A stretch of 64,000 nt of DNA, taken from NCBI GenBank assembly GCA_035084275.1, contig CM068750.1, forward strand, positions 9,734,001-9,798,000, written 5' to 3'. Shown here in pieces: positions 1-14,000 of the stretch. The notes beneath the pieces are model-generated. The model was given only the letters and a program-made list of their open reading frames with translations. It made no database searches and had not been told where the DNA came from. A program made the translations under genes and the position numbers. Position 1 is the stretch's first letter. Each line of letters starts with the position of its first letter. This stretch comes from Hydrolagus colliei. Taxonomy: Eukaryota.

Positions 1-70
1 GGAACAAGAGCAGGCTATTTAGTCCATCGAGCTGGTTCCACCAGTTTATTAGATGTTGACAGATTTTTAA
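1..70 (-). mobile_element. Degenerate CR1-type LINE/SINE 3' terminal fragment
   Basis: ggaacaagagcaggctatttagtccatcgagctggttccacc resembles, from memory, the reverse complement of chondrichthyan CR1 3' tails. Confidence 0.45.
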
Positions 71-1289
71 TCTCAATGCCTCGCCCGTTTGCCTGGAAGT
101 ATTGTTTTTGATTTGCATTGCTGGTGTTAGACTGGTTATATTAGTCAGATACTTGATTGTATATACATGCTGAATAAAACGTTTTCAAGTATTGTGACTG
201 CACAAGTGCTTGTTTCAAAGCAGCCCCCTCCCTCCAGCCGATGGTGCTTTACTATTTGAAGGATAGTAGAATGATAAAAACATGTGATCAGTTGTACCTA
301 CTAACATTTTATTGGTCAATTGAGGGGATCACAGGTAGCTGAATAGCTGAGTTGATGTATTACATGACATTACTTAGCTTCCTTGTGCTTGACTGTAGTT
401 GACACAATGCTATTGTACAGTATTCAGATTTTTATGCTGCGTTTGCAACTTCTGCACTAAATCCTATAATGGGCATATACAGGTTTGTAGTGAATTAGAT
501 AGATTATGAAAAGCATTGTGCTTTGTTTTGTGGTCAGCCAGGTGTCTTGACAAATGCAGAAACCCATCACCACGCTTAAGAGTATCCAAACCAAGCTGAG
601 ATTTTCATGAACCCCACCTATACATGGAAATTCCAAAGATATTTGTTGGAATGGAATGCGCACTCTCTCCTTGGTGGGGATGCATCCTGCTTACCTAATT
701 CTGAAACATAGTAGATGATAGATAGCCATAGTTAGCAAGAGCCAGGACTTGGGGATCCCAGAGTGTGCATCGGGGTACCGTTGGAATCTAACCTGCTAAA
801 ACTGCATATTTTTTTCATTGGGAGTCCCTGCCTGACCAGGTTTCTCACTGCTTGTCCTTCAAGGACCATCCTACTTGTTAGGGATTTGGCTTGCAAGACT
901 AACGAGCTGAGTGGGAAGAATCTCTGCCCACCCCCCTCCAGTAACTGGTCTGCCCTTCCGAGGGCTGCTGATGAGCCAGCTTGGCTGTCTGTTATCAGCA
1001 GGGCCCTTGACCCACGTGACTCAGTAACTGGACCACTGAGACTGTCACAGAGAGCAGCCTTGATTCTGTCATTCCTTTGCCAAACACGTCAACTTGTAGC
1101 CAGTTCAGCTCCAAGAGGACCCCACTTACTCCACCCGCCCCCAGATGGATAGTCACCATATGTATGTGTACGTATGTATATGTGTGTGTGCGTATGTATA
1201 TATAATATACATACACACATACATATGCTATTCATAATATTTCACAATATTTGCTCAACCAAGTAGTAAAGTAGCCCCTCTGCCATGTG

Positions 1290-1486
1290 ACACCCCACAT
1301 TCTCAGTACCTTTGATGGCCAAGCTTCAGTTTCTGTGTCCCTGTGTCCTTTCTGACTTAAAGTCCCTTTCAAATCCTACAACGTCAAACATGCCTACAGT
1401 CACTTCTCACTTGTTTGGAGCCCCTGTAAGGTACTCTGCAACATTACCACTATGAAGGACGCTATATTAAATGCAAATTGTTGTCA
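1290..1486 (+). mobile_element. Degenerate L2-type LINE 3' end
   Basis: Ends tgtaaggtactctg...gacgctatattaaatgcaaattgttgt, similar to the tails at 8041-8085 and the reverse complements of 16611 and 37541. Confidence 0.5.
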
Positions 1487-4400
1487 TTCTGCATATGTGA
1501 GGCTAAATAGAGACTGTCACAATGTTATTGCGGACATCACAACATATATATCATTTTTGTTATAGTCACAACTGAACCCGATTCTATATATAGACACGCC
1601 TTCCAGTTGGGTTCTTGGATAGGGACCAGGAGCAGGAACCCAGATTTCTCTCCTCCCTCCCCAACACTCCATCTCCCGAAACCGGGTACTTGTTCCAGCA
1701 TTCTTATTATCATACATGTAGAAATAATTCGACTGATTTAAGACAACTATAGTTTTGTCCTGATTTATATAGCTCAGTTCAACACCAGCATCTAATTAGT
1801 GAACTGATGAGGATGAGAATTTAATAATATACTGCTGTTTATCAAGGTAGCATCAATTCTAACTGTCTGGGGCGCAGGCTTATCAACACACTAGATTTTT
1901 CTCCTGGTTGAAATAAGTACCCTGATTGTAATCAATTAAGTGTTTATTCTGGACATTTTGTTAATCACCAATTATGGACAGTAAGTTCAGCGCTTGTGAT
2001 CACACATTGTACGGAGGATACAGATACCCAAAAAGTTGAATTTTGCAATCTATATTTGTACTATTCAAATGCGTTCCTTCTCCCTCTACCTCAACTGCTC
2101 CTGAATGACATTCATTGAATGAGATGGAACCTCAGGACACTCATTAGCCTGAATTCTATCTGCATCTTTCACACCGTGGCGCACTCGTTTGCGTCGGTGG
2201 AAACGAATGTCAGCATAACATTTTAAAACTCAAAATAGAAAAACGTCCTTTAGATAAAATGCACCATGGAACTAGTGAATAAGGAAAATATACAAAATAA
2301 TTGTAGCCTTAAGTCGACTCCCTTCTTTTTAACTCTTGTTTTGATCACTGGGGAAATGAATATTTGCTACATTCCAAAGGTAGCTTTAACGTAGCAAATC
2401 TCAATGTCATTTAATGCCAAATTTCAAATGCATTTATAGATGTAGAAAATGCACTGGAAGCGCAGAAGATAATAGGGCAATAATTAGCATAAATAAATCA
2501 GTGAGGTGTACTGCATTGTTTTATTGAAGATGAAGCTTAAAGACAGATATAAAGACTTAACCTTTTTTTTAACCCTTACATGCTTACCATTATGTTTCAT
2601 CGCTCTTAATTTGATATAAGTAGTCACCAGTAAAAATTTGTTTACCATTTAGCAAGAGTCTTTAGGCTCAATGTAGTTGAATTCTTAATCCTGCATAAGC
2701 ATGAAGCAAGCAGCAATGGCTACAGTCCTGTTGCTTGATGTGGTGTGAATGGAGCCGCTTTCTGTCAGTAACATGTGGTCTCTTCACTGGAGAGCCTGCG
2801 TAAATCCTGTGTAAATAGAGGGAGACTAACAAAAGATGAGCCCCTGCAGCTCGAAGCATTTGGAGCCATTTGGGGGTTGAATGTGCTAAATGCTGCTTAT
2901 ACCGCCTGAAAAGTTGAGGAGAAAGGAGCATAAAATCCCTTTTTTTTTCTCTGCTGTTACCCGGGGGGAGGTTGTTCTGGGCCAGAGAAGCCCGAGGTAA
3001 GCCTATGAGGAGTGTTTTTCAGTGCTCCTTTGAGTGTAAAGAAGGTGGCATGGGTCACTGTCTCCTCTTTAACGTAGGAAAACCCACGCAGTTCGTAAAT
3101 GTTGCATACAACAAAAGAGGTGCAGCTGTTATACAGAACTCCAGCACAGTAGGCCATGCCCTGCTGAAGATCTGGTCACTTAAAAATCTTACAAAAATTC
3201 AATTTTAACACACAAGAGCATGCAGCACAGCGGGACAGAAAGAGAGACTAGTAATTAGAGGTTCAGGTAATGGTTCATTTGGTCAAACTGACAGCAAAGT
3301 ATTGTAATTTTTAAATGACACCGAGTTGATAAGATTTCAGCCTAGTTTTATGTATTGAAATGGACCAAAAAACATTTTGTTTTTCAAGGTAAACATAAAT
3401 TACAGGGGGGTGGGGAAGAAATTACTAGAAAACAGCAAATTACCTTAAGCCTGGAAAGTACAATATTTTGTAGCATTTACATTGAAGAAAACACAATCAA
3501 GAGGTAGATTAGAGATGATATGAAATGAAGTTTGTAAATGATCAAAATGACATAAACAAACCAGGATTATTTTAATTCAAAAATAATTTTGTTGAATACT
3601 AGTACTAAAAATTACATATATTTTACTATTTTTTTGCCACCCCTGACTCTCCCAATCTTGTTTCCTAATATGCACACACATTTTTGATGCCAGCTTTTTT
3701 TAGGTATAGAATTTTTCTCTTCCCCAGGCACAGCTTTCCAAAACTGCCGTAGGCTACAATACAGCACCTCAGATCCCCAAGGCCCATTGCCTGACTCCTA
3801 ATAGCCACTCTCCATCTGTGTCACATGGACAGATGATAAGACCTTTCCAGTTTCTGTTTTGGAGAGTACATCCACACAGGTTAAAATGCCATAGTTGCCA
3901 AGGAACAGTCAGAAGCCATTAGCATTTGGGAAAATTTGCCCTGCAGCATTCCTTCCTGGCATCTTGGAAGAGCGGTGTAAATCACCAGCCCTCTGTGGTC
4001 GGCAACTGTAATGAGGCTGTGTGAATGTTTCTGGTCCAGCATCATTTTTATGATTATTTCCACCTTTTTGGCTCGCCTTCATGATTCACTTTCGTTGAGA
4101 GGTAGCAAAAGTTAGTGGTAGATGAAGGGTTGTGCACTGACATTTGTGCAGATGGAGGGAGCTGCACTGCCTTGGGGCTGGGTGGCTGTAATGAAGTGGC
4201 TTGTCAGTCTGTAAATACTGGGGTCGCCTCTTCGATGTGATGGAGGGTATCACATTGCAGTGAAAATGGAAACGTCAATAAAATTAATCTGCCAACTCTT
4301 TGCTGTGGGTTTTCAGATTCTGTGGTTGGAGAGGTAATTTTTTTTAACTTAGTATAAGAGTTGCTGTGGAAAGGGCCTCGTGTAATGTAAGTGTTCGCAA

Positions 4401-5696
4401 TACCAATCCCGGTAATCTTAAAACTAGAAGACAGTGGTAGAATTAGCTACTGGGTTTGTAGCATTCCTCAGGAAGCTATGCAGCTCTGGCTACTCTGAGT
4501 CTAAAGTTTATTGTTTTAGGCTTTCCTGAACAAGGTTTTTACTTAGCATGGGATTTATGGCATTTACTGCTAATGAATGTCTATTCTTAAATTACAAAAC
4601 CCACAGTCTCAGTGTAATTTCCAGATGTCCATCCAGAACCTCAGGTTCTTAAACACCAGCAGGGAGCATAAACTCTACACTTCTCTGTTTTCTTCTTTCG
4701 TGTGGCTTTAGGCTAATGATGTGCAAGAAAAGAACACAGCAGTGGAATAAAAACCCTGATGCTGTTTCAGTATTCTTCATTTATTTTGCATTTGATTATA
4801 CTTTGGGTCTGTTCTTTCTTCTTTCTTTTTAATGTTATTGGTTCAAATATTAATGCGGAAATATGGTATATATAGGTACTCTGATTGATGCCTCTCAAAA
4901 ACAGGAGGACAAGCACGTATGAATTTTAAGAAAGTACGAGTCCTGGATTGCCTTGGTGCAGAGTTTTTTAGATACATAATTTAGATGCCCTCTAGGCAGG
5001 CTTTCAAGGCATTTTTGCCTGAGGGTAAAGAAAAATAACTATGACTGTTAAAAGTAAATGATTTTTGCTAATGCACAATTAATGCAAGGAAAAGCAGAAC
5101 AGTGGTGAGAGCTGATGGAGATATCTCTGGATTTAAGAATGTATCTTGTATTGATATGTACCTAATTTTCTTAAATATAATAGTTGAAAACAGTGTGATG
5201 GAGGGATACAGAGGGTGTCATCCCATGCAAATACAATGGGAGGAGGGGGTGATGAGCTGAGGTATGTTTTGTGCAATGAGGCATGACATATTTACCTAGA
5301 CCTTATATGAAATCCCTGTAATACATTTTTTGCTACTTTTAAGTAGCATTTTTTTAGTTAGAAACTCTGCACCTAAGCCATCCCACATACTTAGGGAATG
5401 AAACAAAATTCTAATTGCAGGTTTTGAACCATATATCAGTTTAGTTGGCAGAGAGCTATTTCACTATGTCAGAAGCACAGTAATAATTGAATTAATGATA
5501 CATGTGTGTTCATGTGAAGTTTATCAAAACAGCATTGGGAGACTTGGTGCCCACATTAAATATTATTCACATAACAACCCAGTATTTTAATGAGAATTTT
5601 TTTTATCAGCTTTCATTACTTCAAATCAGTGTGCAGTTCTGAATAAAATTCAATTAATTTGCATGTTATTAGTTTTTTAAAACTCAGAATGTGTAA

Positions 5697-5936
<240 letters not shown>

Positions 5937-7481
5937 TGAAGTCCCCCAAAATGTCTTAATGCTTAGAAACATTGTCTACAATTTAGTTGCCTATTAACAG
6001 ACAGGAAATCTTAATATAATGATAGATAATGTGTGTGTGTGTTTCTATATATATAGTTACTCTGATTGCTGTCTTTCAAAAACATTCATTCTCTAAACCT
6101 TTCAGTGTACATGATAAAGTTCATATATAAAAAAAACTATGAATAGGTTAACACGAGGGGAAGCACGTGAAACAGTTCTTTCGCATTGTGTCTGATGTTT
6201 CTGGTCAGAGCCTTTTTTGAGGAGATCAAAAATTACTTCAAGGAAGAATACATTTCTAAAAGAGGGTCGAAGTGAAAGAGACAGAGAGAGAGAGCACAGT
6301 TTATGATTGTGTGCTGTATATATTGCAAGGCTCTGAACCAGAAATTTCTTTTGTTATTTACTGGAGAGGTACAGTTTAAACATGAATGATGCTGTAAATA
6401 TTTAACTTTTTTTTGCTTTGATTCCATTAACCCATTAAGAACAGACTTCCCTGGGGATTGCATTATGCATGGACAGGGTCCCCAACTCAATCAGTTGTGG
6501 TGAGGGAAACTCAAATATTAATTTTAATCACATCATTCATGTCAACAGGGAAACTGATCCGTTAGCAACGAGACACCCACCGCTTCACATTTTATTTGTA
6601 CCCCAGATTGTGGATTCTGCTTTCAGGATATTGACAATAGAACTTCAGTGAAAGTATTCAGGGTCATAGATTCAGTGCCACAGAGCAACATTTCAAGCAC
6701 TTCCACTAAGTGTTATATATCATAGAAAAATATTTAATGAACTGTTTTCAGAGGCAGAATTTCAATGGCTTCTTCAAATTTGGGGCAATTACCTCAGGGA
6801 ACTGTGCTGTTAGCTCCTAACTGGAAGGTGAAATGACTGGTGGAAATGCTCACAAAGTTGCTTCATTCAGGCTGGTGCCATTGATTATTGGTCAGTTAAA
6901 TGCATTAAATAGTACATGGAAGGAAGATGTTCCAATAGGGTAGACAGGGAGCAATCTGCTTTCCTCAGTTTGCATCACCTGATGGTCATTTTTGGAATTG
7001 AATCTGCGCCATTTAAGAAAATCGCATTTTATTATCTTAATTCAGCAGTGGAGTGTCGTGCCAAACCGCTTAAAGGGAGAAAGAGAAATTAAAGACAAAG
7101 ATTAAAAAAAATTCAAAAAGCTATGTAGAATATTCCTGTACATGAATACTCAACTGATATAGTCTTGTGCTATTCAATATTATCCAGTGTGGATATATCT
7201 CTCAATTGATATCGTGTTTAGCAAATAGATTGGTCAGGCATTGACATCATTATATTTGTTCTATTAATTTATTTTTGTTGAATACACTTTTTTAAAAAAA
7301 AGTATAGTTTTCTAAACAAAAAATTTCCAAGGGTTTATTTTTCTAAAATCACAACCTTTAGTGTTTCCGATGTGATGATGACCGAATCTTAATGAATTAA
7401 CTTTAGCATTAGATGTTTGAAGTCGGATTTAGTTAAAATAAATTGTTACTTTGGAGAAATACTTGAATATGATATCTATTA

Positions 7482-7677
7482 AATAATAATCCCTGCATAA
7501 CACATAATAATAATGTGGTCACTCAATCCTCAACTGTTTTTGGGATGTCGCAGCACACATTGGCTGTTGCGTTTCATCCAAAAAACACAATCACAAAACT
7601 TTACAATATATTCTGTGAAGCATTTTGAGATGTCTCGAAGGTGTGATTAGGTGCAATATCAAATGCAAGGATTATTA
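7482..7677 (+). mobile_element. 5'-truncated Deu-type SINE copy
   Basis: Collinear with the 3' halves of the copies at 7783 and 62176 (caatcc..actgttt.tggga..., tgaagc.tttgaga, aaatgcaaggattatta). Confidence 0.8.
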
Positions 7678-7713
7678 CACCTCACTTGTTCAGTCATTAT
7701 TATTTTTGTTTCA

Positions 7714-7782
7714 AAAATAATAAGAATTTGGTCACTTCAATCCACGACCTGTTGTGCGATACTGCTGTGCGCAGTTAGCTGC
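7714..7782 (+). mobile_element. Internal fragment of the same SINE family
   Basis: gtcacttcaatccacgacctgttgtgcgatactgctgtgcgcagttagctgc matches 7924-7975 and 62316-62362. Confidence 0.7.
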
Positions 7783-8085
7783 TGTCCTGCAGCTCAGTGG
7801 TTTGAGCATTCGCCATACAAGTGAGAGACCAGGGTTCAATTCCAGGCAGGGTGAAACCTTGGCCAAGTTTCTGTCTTCCACATACTTAATAATAATCCAT
7901 CAAAATAAACAATAAATAAAGTTGTCATTTCAATCCACGACTGTTTGTGGGACACTGCTGTTTACAATTGGCTGCCACATTTTGCCCACATATATACAAT
8001 CAATTCACTTTACAGTATATTCGGTGAAGCGCTTTGAGATATCTAGAAGACGTGAAAAGCGCTGTATGAAATGCAAGGATTATTA
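7783..8085 (+). mobile_element. Full-length tRNA-derived SINE with Deu-like core and (TTA)n tail
   Basis: A box agctcagtgg at 7791, B box ggttcaattcc near 7832, core gtgggacactgctgt...aattggctgcc, tail aaatgcaaggattatta; aligns end to end with 62176-62471. Confidence 0.88.
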
Positions 8086-11000
8086 ATAGTAATAAAGTAC
8101 ATTAAGTTGCATTAGTTGATGTACAGTACTACGACAAGCAATTCAGGCTCCAAGATGTTGAATACAGTATACCAGTCTGATACTGCAGCTGGGAAGCAGC
8201 TGCTTCCTTTGTAGCAGCATGTGCAGTGAAGTGTGCAGTTCCTGTCATCACCTGCATACCTTTAATCAAAAAATATTTAATCTCCACACAGCTCAAACTT
8301 TACAGCAATATTTTCCACCTGTAAAATTAAATTACTTTGTCACTTTTTTTTGGCAGATATTGCTTTGTATAACTGTCTTAAGAAACGCTATCAAATTTTA
8401 GTGACCTGTTAAAAATATGACCGCGTAGGAGAACCAAATTTAATGGTTATAGTTGATCAAGCACTTTCAAATTACCATAAGTGGAGTGAGTGCACTGTGC
8501 AGGCAAAACAAGCTAGCACAGATTTAATGACAATGCGTTTGGGGTGAGAGTAAAATTACCAAGAGGAGCAAGAAAATAAAACAAAGGTGACAGAGAGAGA
8601 AAGAAAAAGAGACAATGACCAAAAAAAATACATGAGCAGGTGAGAAAATAGAGGAAGTGAATTGTTACATAGCCTTGCACTTCCAAATTGCTTCTTACAG
8701 ATCTGAGTTTCCAATCTTAACTGAGTCATTTGAAAGAAACAACAAGCAGGGGTGAAGTGATCCGTGAGAGAGGGGAAAGGAAAAACATCTCTGGCCAATT
8801 CTTGGTCAGATTCTTGTGGTTATTTTAACAGGATTGTTATCAGTGGTCTGAAATCGGATTGCATGGGGCAAAAAGTAACTTTTAAAACATGGGAAAGACA
8901 ATTGAGTGTGAGCTCTACAATGAGCTGCCCAGATAGAGATCCCGCTTTTGATCAGTGCACTTTATCTGTTCTAAGTGACCTGCTGATTTTGCACCAATTT
9001 AAAGCAGGTTTCCAGAATTGGTTTGACTGTGTGGAGAAGAAAATATCCAGGGTAAAGTCAGGGTGTGCCTCACGCATGTAAATGCACGGATATGTTTTTA
9101 ATTAAATCTCTCTAATTAAATCCCTTTGATTTCTCGCTTCATGTATCCGAATTTTGAAGAGGATATTTAGTTTACGCAACTGACCGCAATCTTAAGTGTT
9201 ATAATGGGGAGATGGTTGAAAATTTACAATGCCTCTCTCATCCTTGTTATCTCGTTTTATGCTTTAGGACTGCTGTTTAGAGAAAGTCTGGAAGCAGAGA
9301 TTTAGAGTTTAGCTCCTTATATTACATCATGAAGATCCAGGCGAATGGACAGTGGATTAGTTTTCTCTTCTCTCCTTTTCTCTCTCTCTCTCTCTTATCC
9401 CCCTCTCCCCTCCTCCTCGTATTCATGATGTAATGTGAGAGGGAATTCTGCACAAAATGTCTGCTTCCAATCAGTAGTTCTAAACCAGGGAAATAAGATG
9501 ATTAAGAGACATCCATAAGTCTTCAGGTATTTTTTTTCCTTCATACCACTTCATATTATGTAACAATTCGGTAGAACACACTTCCCTCCCCTTCCAGCAT
9601 TTTGTTCCATCCAGTAGAAGTTTTTTTTAAAAAAAACAAGTTACACAAAGTTTTTTTTACTACTGTACTTAAATCAGTGAGGTTCTGAGTTCAGGTCCTG
9701 TTTTAATCACGTATGGATTTCCTTTATCACATGCATTCACCTAGGGTCAGTTACAAAAAAAAGAGAAAATCCTTCCCTTGTTTTTGAAGATCAATTTACA
9801 GTATGATTTCAGACTGTTTGAAAGTCTTATTGATGTTTGAAACTATTAAAGTAAATCATAAAGACTGGGGGAAAAAAGTGAATATTGGATCCCTATTTCT
9901 TATCTGTCATCTTGATGCAAAGACATTATTAGTAAATAAAGATATATTGATTATGGCTCAGGGGTCAGGATTAACCAGAATGGTCACTGTTTGGTTGTAG
10001 CAGTGGGTATTCTGCCTTGCAGCTATGGCCTTTTCGGAGGTCAGGTGCCCTGTGCCCATTTGCACAGAGGAATTAGACAGAACATGNNNNNNNNNNNNNN
10101 NNNNNNNNNNNNNNNNNNNNNNNNNNNNNNNNNNNNNNNNNNNNNNNNNNNNNNNNNNNNNNNNNNNNNNNNNNNNNNNNNNNNNNNNNNNNNNNNNNNN
10201 NNNNNNNNNNNNNNNNNNNNNNNNNNNNNNNNNNGCAACAGCAAAGCCCCGAACCTTGCCATGTGCTTATTATTCTCATCATTATCAAAATTACTTCACA
10301 GCTGTTCTTTGCTACATCACCTCAGCTGGAGATTTAGTAACCTGTAAAATGTTTTTAATTTGGAGTCGAGTGAGTATTACTCGGGAAGCTGCTGGGAGGT
10401 TTTTTCCTGTCCTGAAGGGCATGGCTGTGTGGTGTGCAGACCTTGGCAGAACCACCCACCATAGTATTTTATATCTACGTGCAAGTCACAAAGTTTCATT
10501 TTCCTGTCTACTACTAAGTCTCAACATTTCTTATTTTAATTGAATGATTGTGTTTCCCTTTGACTGAAGTAATGTGAGAAATTTCCCATCTGGCTATGCT
10601 AATGCAAACAAGTGTACAACTAACAACATGCTACAATTCAATGCAAGTTCTCTTTATTGTTCTCCCATTTTTAAATACATTGTTTTAAAGCTTTTTTCCC
10701 CTCTTTGTGAAGGCCAACCTGTTCTTGTACTACAGTAATCCCTTCCTTAAGGAGTATTGTTTTTCACATCAAAAAGACTAATTGAATTATCTCATTAATT
10801 TAATTTGTTAAGCAAATGTATTTTACCATCTCAGGATGTGCTCTTGCAGGGAGTGTCCTAAGACTTTTCTTTTCAATGGGTCGTTGCTGCATTCTAGCAT
10901 TCATGCATTCATTAGCTTTGTAGGAATAAAGGAACACTAGTTGTTTTTTTCAAACACCCAAGCAGCATGGAGCAACTTTTCCATCAACCACAGGGGTCTT

Positions 11001-14000
11001 TCTACATATGTTCTCAACTCTGAGCCATTGTCACCTACTCTGAACAACTCTGAGGGACAAAAACAACAAAGGCTTGCCACAACAATTCTCAGCAGTTAGT
11101 TTAATGTGGCAAAGGGGAAAAAAAATGAAATAAAGTACAGTTTCCAGTAGTCACTGGTTGCATTCATTTTACCGCTTTGTTTTGTTACCCTGAATAAAGG
11201 TTTTGTGTCCTAACTCATAATGGGGGGTGGGGGAGTGCAGAATGAAATTGTACATGAATGGTACTTTAACGTGTAGATATTACGTTTTTCAAACGTTGAA
11301 CATTGAGAGCGTCAGATAAGTTATTCCCAACCACGTACATCGAGTGAACCATATTCAGATGTTTCAGCCTCACTGCAGCTGCAGGACACTTGCATACTCT
11401 GGAATTATGCACGCACATTGTTCTATGACTATTTTTTTCTTAAAATCTGCTGAATTAAGTGAAATCTAAAATTAATGAAGTTGCTGCAGGGTTGCACTTT
11501 TGCTCAACATTAACACTGAGTTAAGCAGTGGTTTGGTTAGAACAATTCTTTAAGCCAAACAGCAAAGGTATTTGAGTGCACGTGACCCAAGATTAAATTT
11601 TATTCATTGGGAGAAAAGGGTCCTTAAATGGTATCTTAAGAAGCCATAAGACCTCTCAATTAGCCCCTCTGCTTACCTTGATTTTCCTCTCAAGGACTCC
11701 CCTGTATGCTTTTGTAAAGAACATATTTGAACACAGAAAGAAAACAGGAAGTGCTAAGCCACGAAAAAATCTCTCACCACCCTTTAATGCTGACATCAAT
11801 TTTCAGATAGTTGTTCTTATCTCTGCTACAATAAACATGTTGAGATGACTTCAATTTCAGTGCAGTGGCTCTGAAATTACTTCAAAGAGACTTTACAAAT
11901 CTTTGCACTCAAGAGAAGCGTGTTTATATTCATATATTTAGAATTAAACTTTTTTTTCAGGCTTTCCTGTTAGAATATGACCTCCCTTCTCCCTCTGATA
12001 TATGAAGAATTAATCTTTTAGTCGGCTAATGTTTAAATTTAATTGAAGATAAAATTATTGAATTTAGCAGAATGTGCACTATCCTAAATTGGTATAAAAA
12101 TGAAGACAGAACGAAAGTGAGTTGGAAGATCACAGGGACACAAAATGTATTCTGAAAGAGGAAAATCGTTGAAACAGTTTATGGGAAGTTAAATTATGAC
12201 AAATACTGGTCATTTGTACAATTTCATTTCTGTCTCCATGACGACCCTGTGGTGATGAAAATTATCATTAGGTTTGATACAACACACATGGCCTTTGAGC
12301 TGTTAGGCTAACAGTTAACCATGTTACACATGGCTAGAGGCAATCTTATCCTAGGAGAGGATGTTTGCTTGACACAAAGACCAGTCCACCCATTATAGCA
12401 TGGACATAGGCTTTAGCACACCCTGTTTGACAGACTGCCCTTTTTCCAGCATTAGTTCAGCAGGGCCTCTTTTACAATCTGCCTTGTTTCAGGAGTGGAC
12501 TGCAGCTCAACAGGCAGTGCTGATAGTTAGGTCTGTAACTTAGAGAACACATCTGCTCATTGTTTATACGAATTATTGTCAAAGTTGCATTTTGGACCAT
12601 TATTATCATGTTTTGTAGAATTTCAATTGAAGTGAAGTGCAACTATTTATTAGATATTTACTTTCTGGAGGTCATTATTATAAGCACACGATGTATCGAG
12701 CGAGGTATTGCTAATGTATGCTTCTTACACAGATTCTAATGTTTAAAAGTTTTGAATTAATTACGGCCCCTTTTTAACCCATTCTGTTCCATTGGCCAGT
12801 TTTTTGTCTAGAGGGGATGGGGTCACCCAGACTCGGAGCTGATTGAGGCCCCTAGACTCATTTGTCATGTGCTTGTTTGCTGTAGGGACTCGATGTCAGC
12901 ACTCTGGTCACCCATGGCAACCTAGGGACAGTTCGGTTGTCACAGACCGTGTCTATAGAAAACTAAATGTTCCAGAGCTCATCAGTCACACAGCTATCAG
13001 ATAATTATGGTGAAGGCCACCAAAGCCTCTGCTTTTATCAAACAAGGTTCTCTGCAGCCTTTTTGTGCATTGGAAAGGACAGAAGTCAACACTGTCTGCC
13101 ATCTGTTGTCTTTGTGCTGTTTTCTCACATGAAGTAATGAAGCTATGAGAGGGGGTATTAACCCTTAGAAGATTGCAGTAACATTGAAAATTTATGGGGG
13201 CCGAGGGGTGACTTGAATCAAATATAAAATAGAATGGGATTCTATTACACATCTTCAGAACTTTGTTTTAATTCTCAGAGCCAGCTGTATAATATGAATG
13301 CAATAGTAGCAATATTTTATGAAGACAAATTAAACTAGTACCATTTTGGACATTGAAAACCCTTATACTGCTCTTGATAGAATAGCTAGGTTCTTTGATT
13401 TGTTTTCATTGTGTGTGCTCTGAATTGTATGTGATGGTGGAATACGTTTTTTTTCCTGGCAACTTATAGAGTTAGCAAGTTGGGCAACAATGCCTCTCTT
13501 CCACCCGCCAATATTTGTTTCTCTTTTACTTAAGTCAGTGTACATTTTCTTTTAGATATTTCTTTTAGATATTATAATTTTGCGTGCCTGCCACAAGTTT
13601 TTTTTCAATGTCACTGAATTTCAATATATAAACTACAGTATACGGTTTGTCTGTTATTGTGCTGCCTATTTCTTGTGTCATTTACCTCTGCTCACCACCC
13701 CTGCCCCCAAACCTACTCACCTTCCTTATCCAAAGTGCTTTTTGCCCCCCAAAAAAATGTTTTGCCTCATTAATGGGGACAAACCAATAGGTTTATACCA
13801 TCAATGCAATATAAATGTGGATCCCAAGTAAAATTTTCTTGGCATTACATTCAAGTCTAATCCTAGTATTGAGATGTAAACCACAACAAAGGTGTAAATA
13901 TACATTCTGAGAATAATAGCTGGTTCATTGTAGATTTACTGACAGAATCTGAAATGGCTAAAGCTTTAGCCTAATTTCTAATGAACAAATGATTCATATG

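Noticed and set aside
763-1152. 129-aa ORF in a GC-richer patch
   Set aside because: Non-ATG start and no protein similarity recognised; probably a decayed repeat that I could not classify.
7288-7301. Recurrent TnAn palindromes (also near 9622, 40226, 40563, 51795, 56078)
   Set aside because: Low-complexity slippage products scattered throughout with no positional pattern.
9991-10543. ORFs spanning the first N block (likewise 25376-25858)
   Set aside because: Open only because Ns contain no stop codons.
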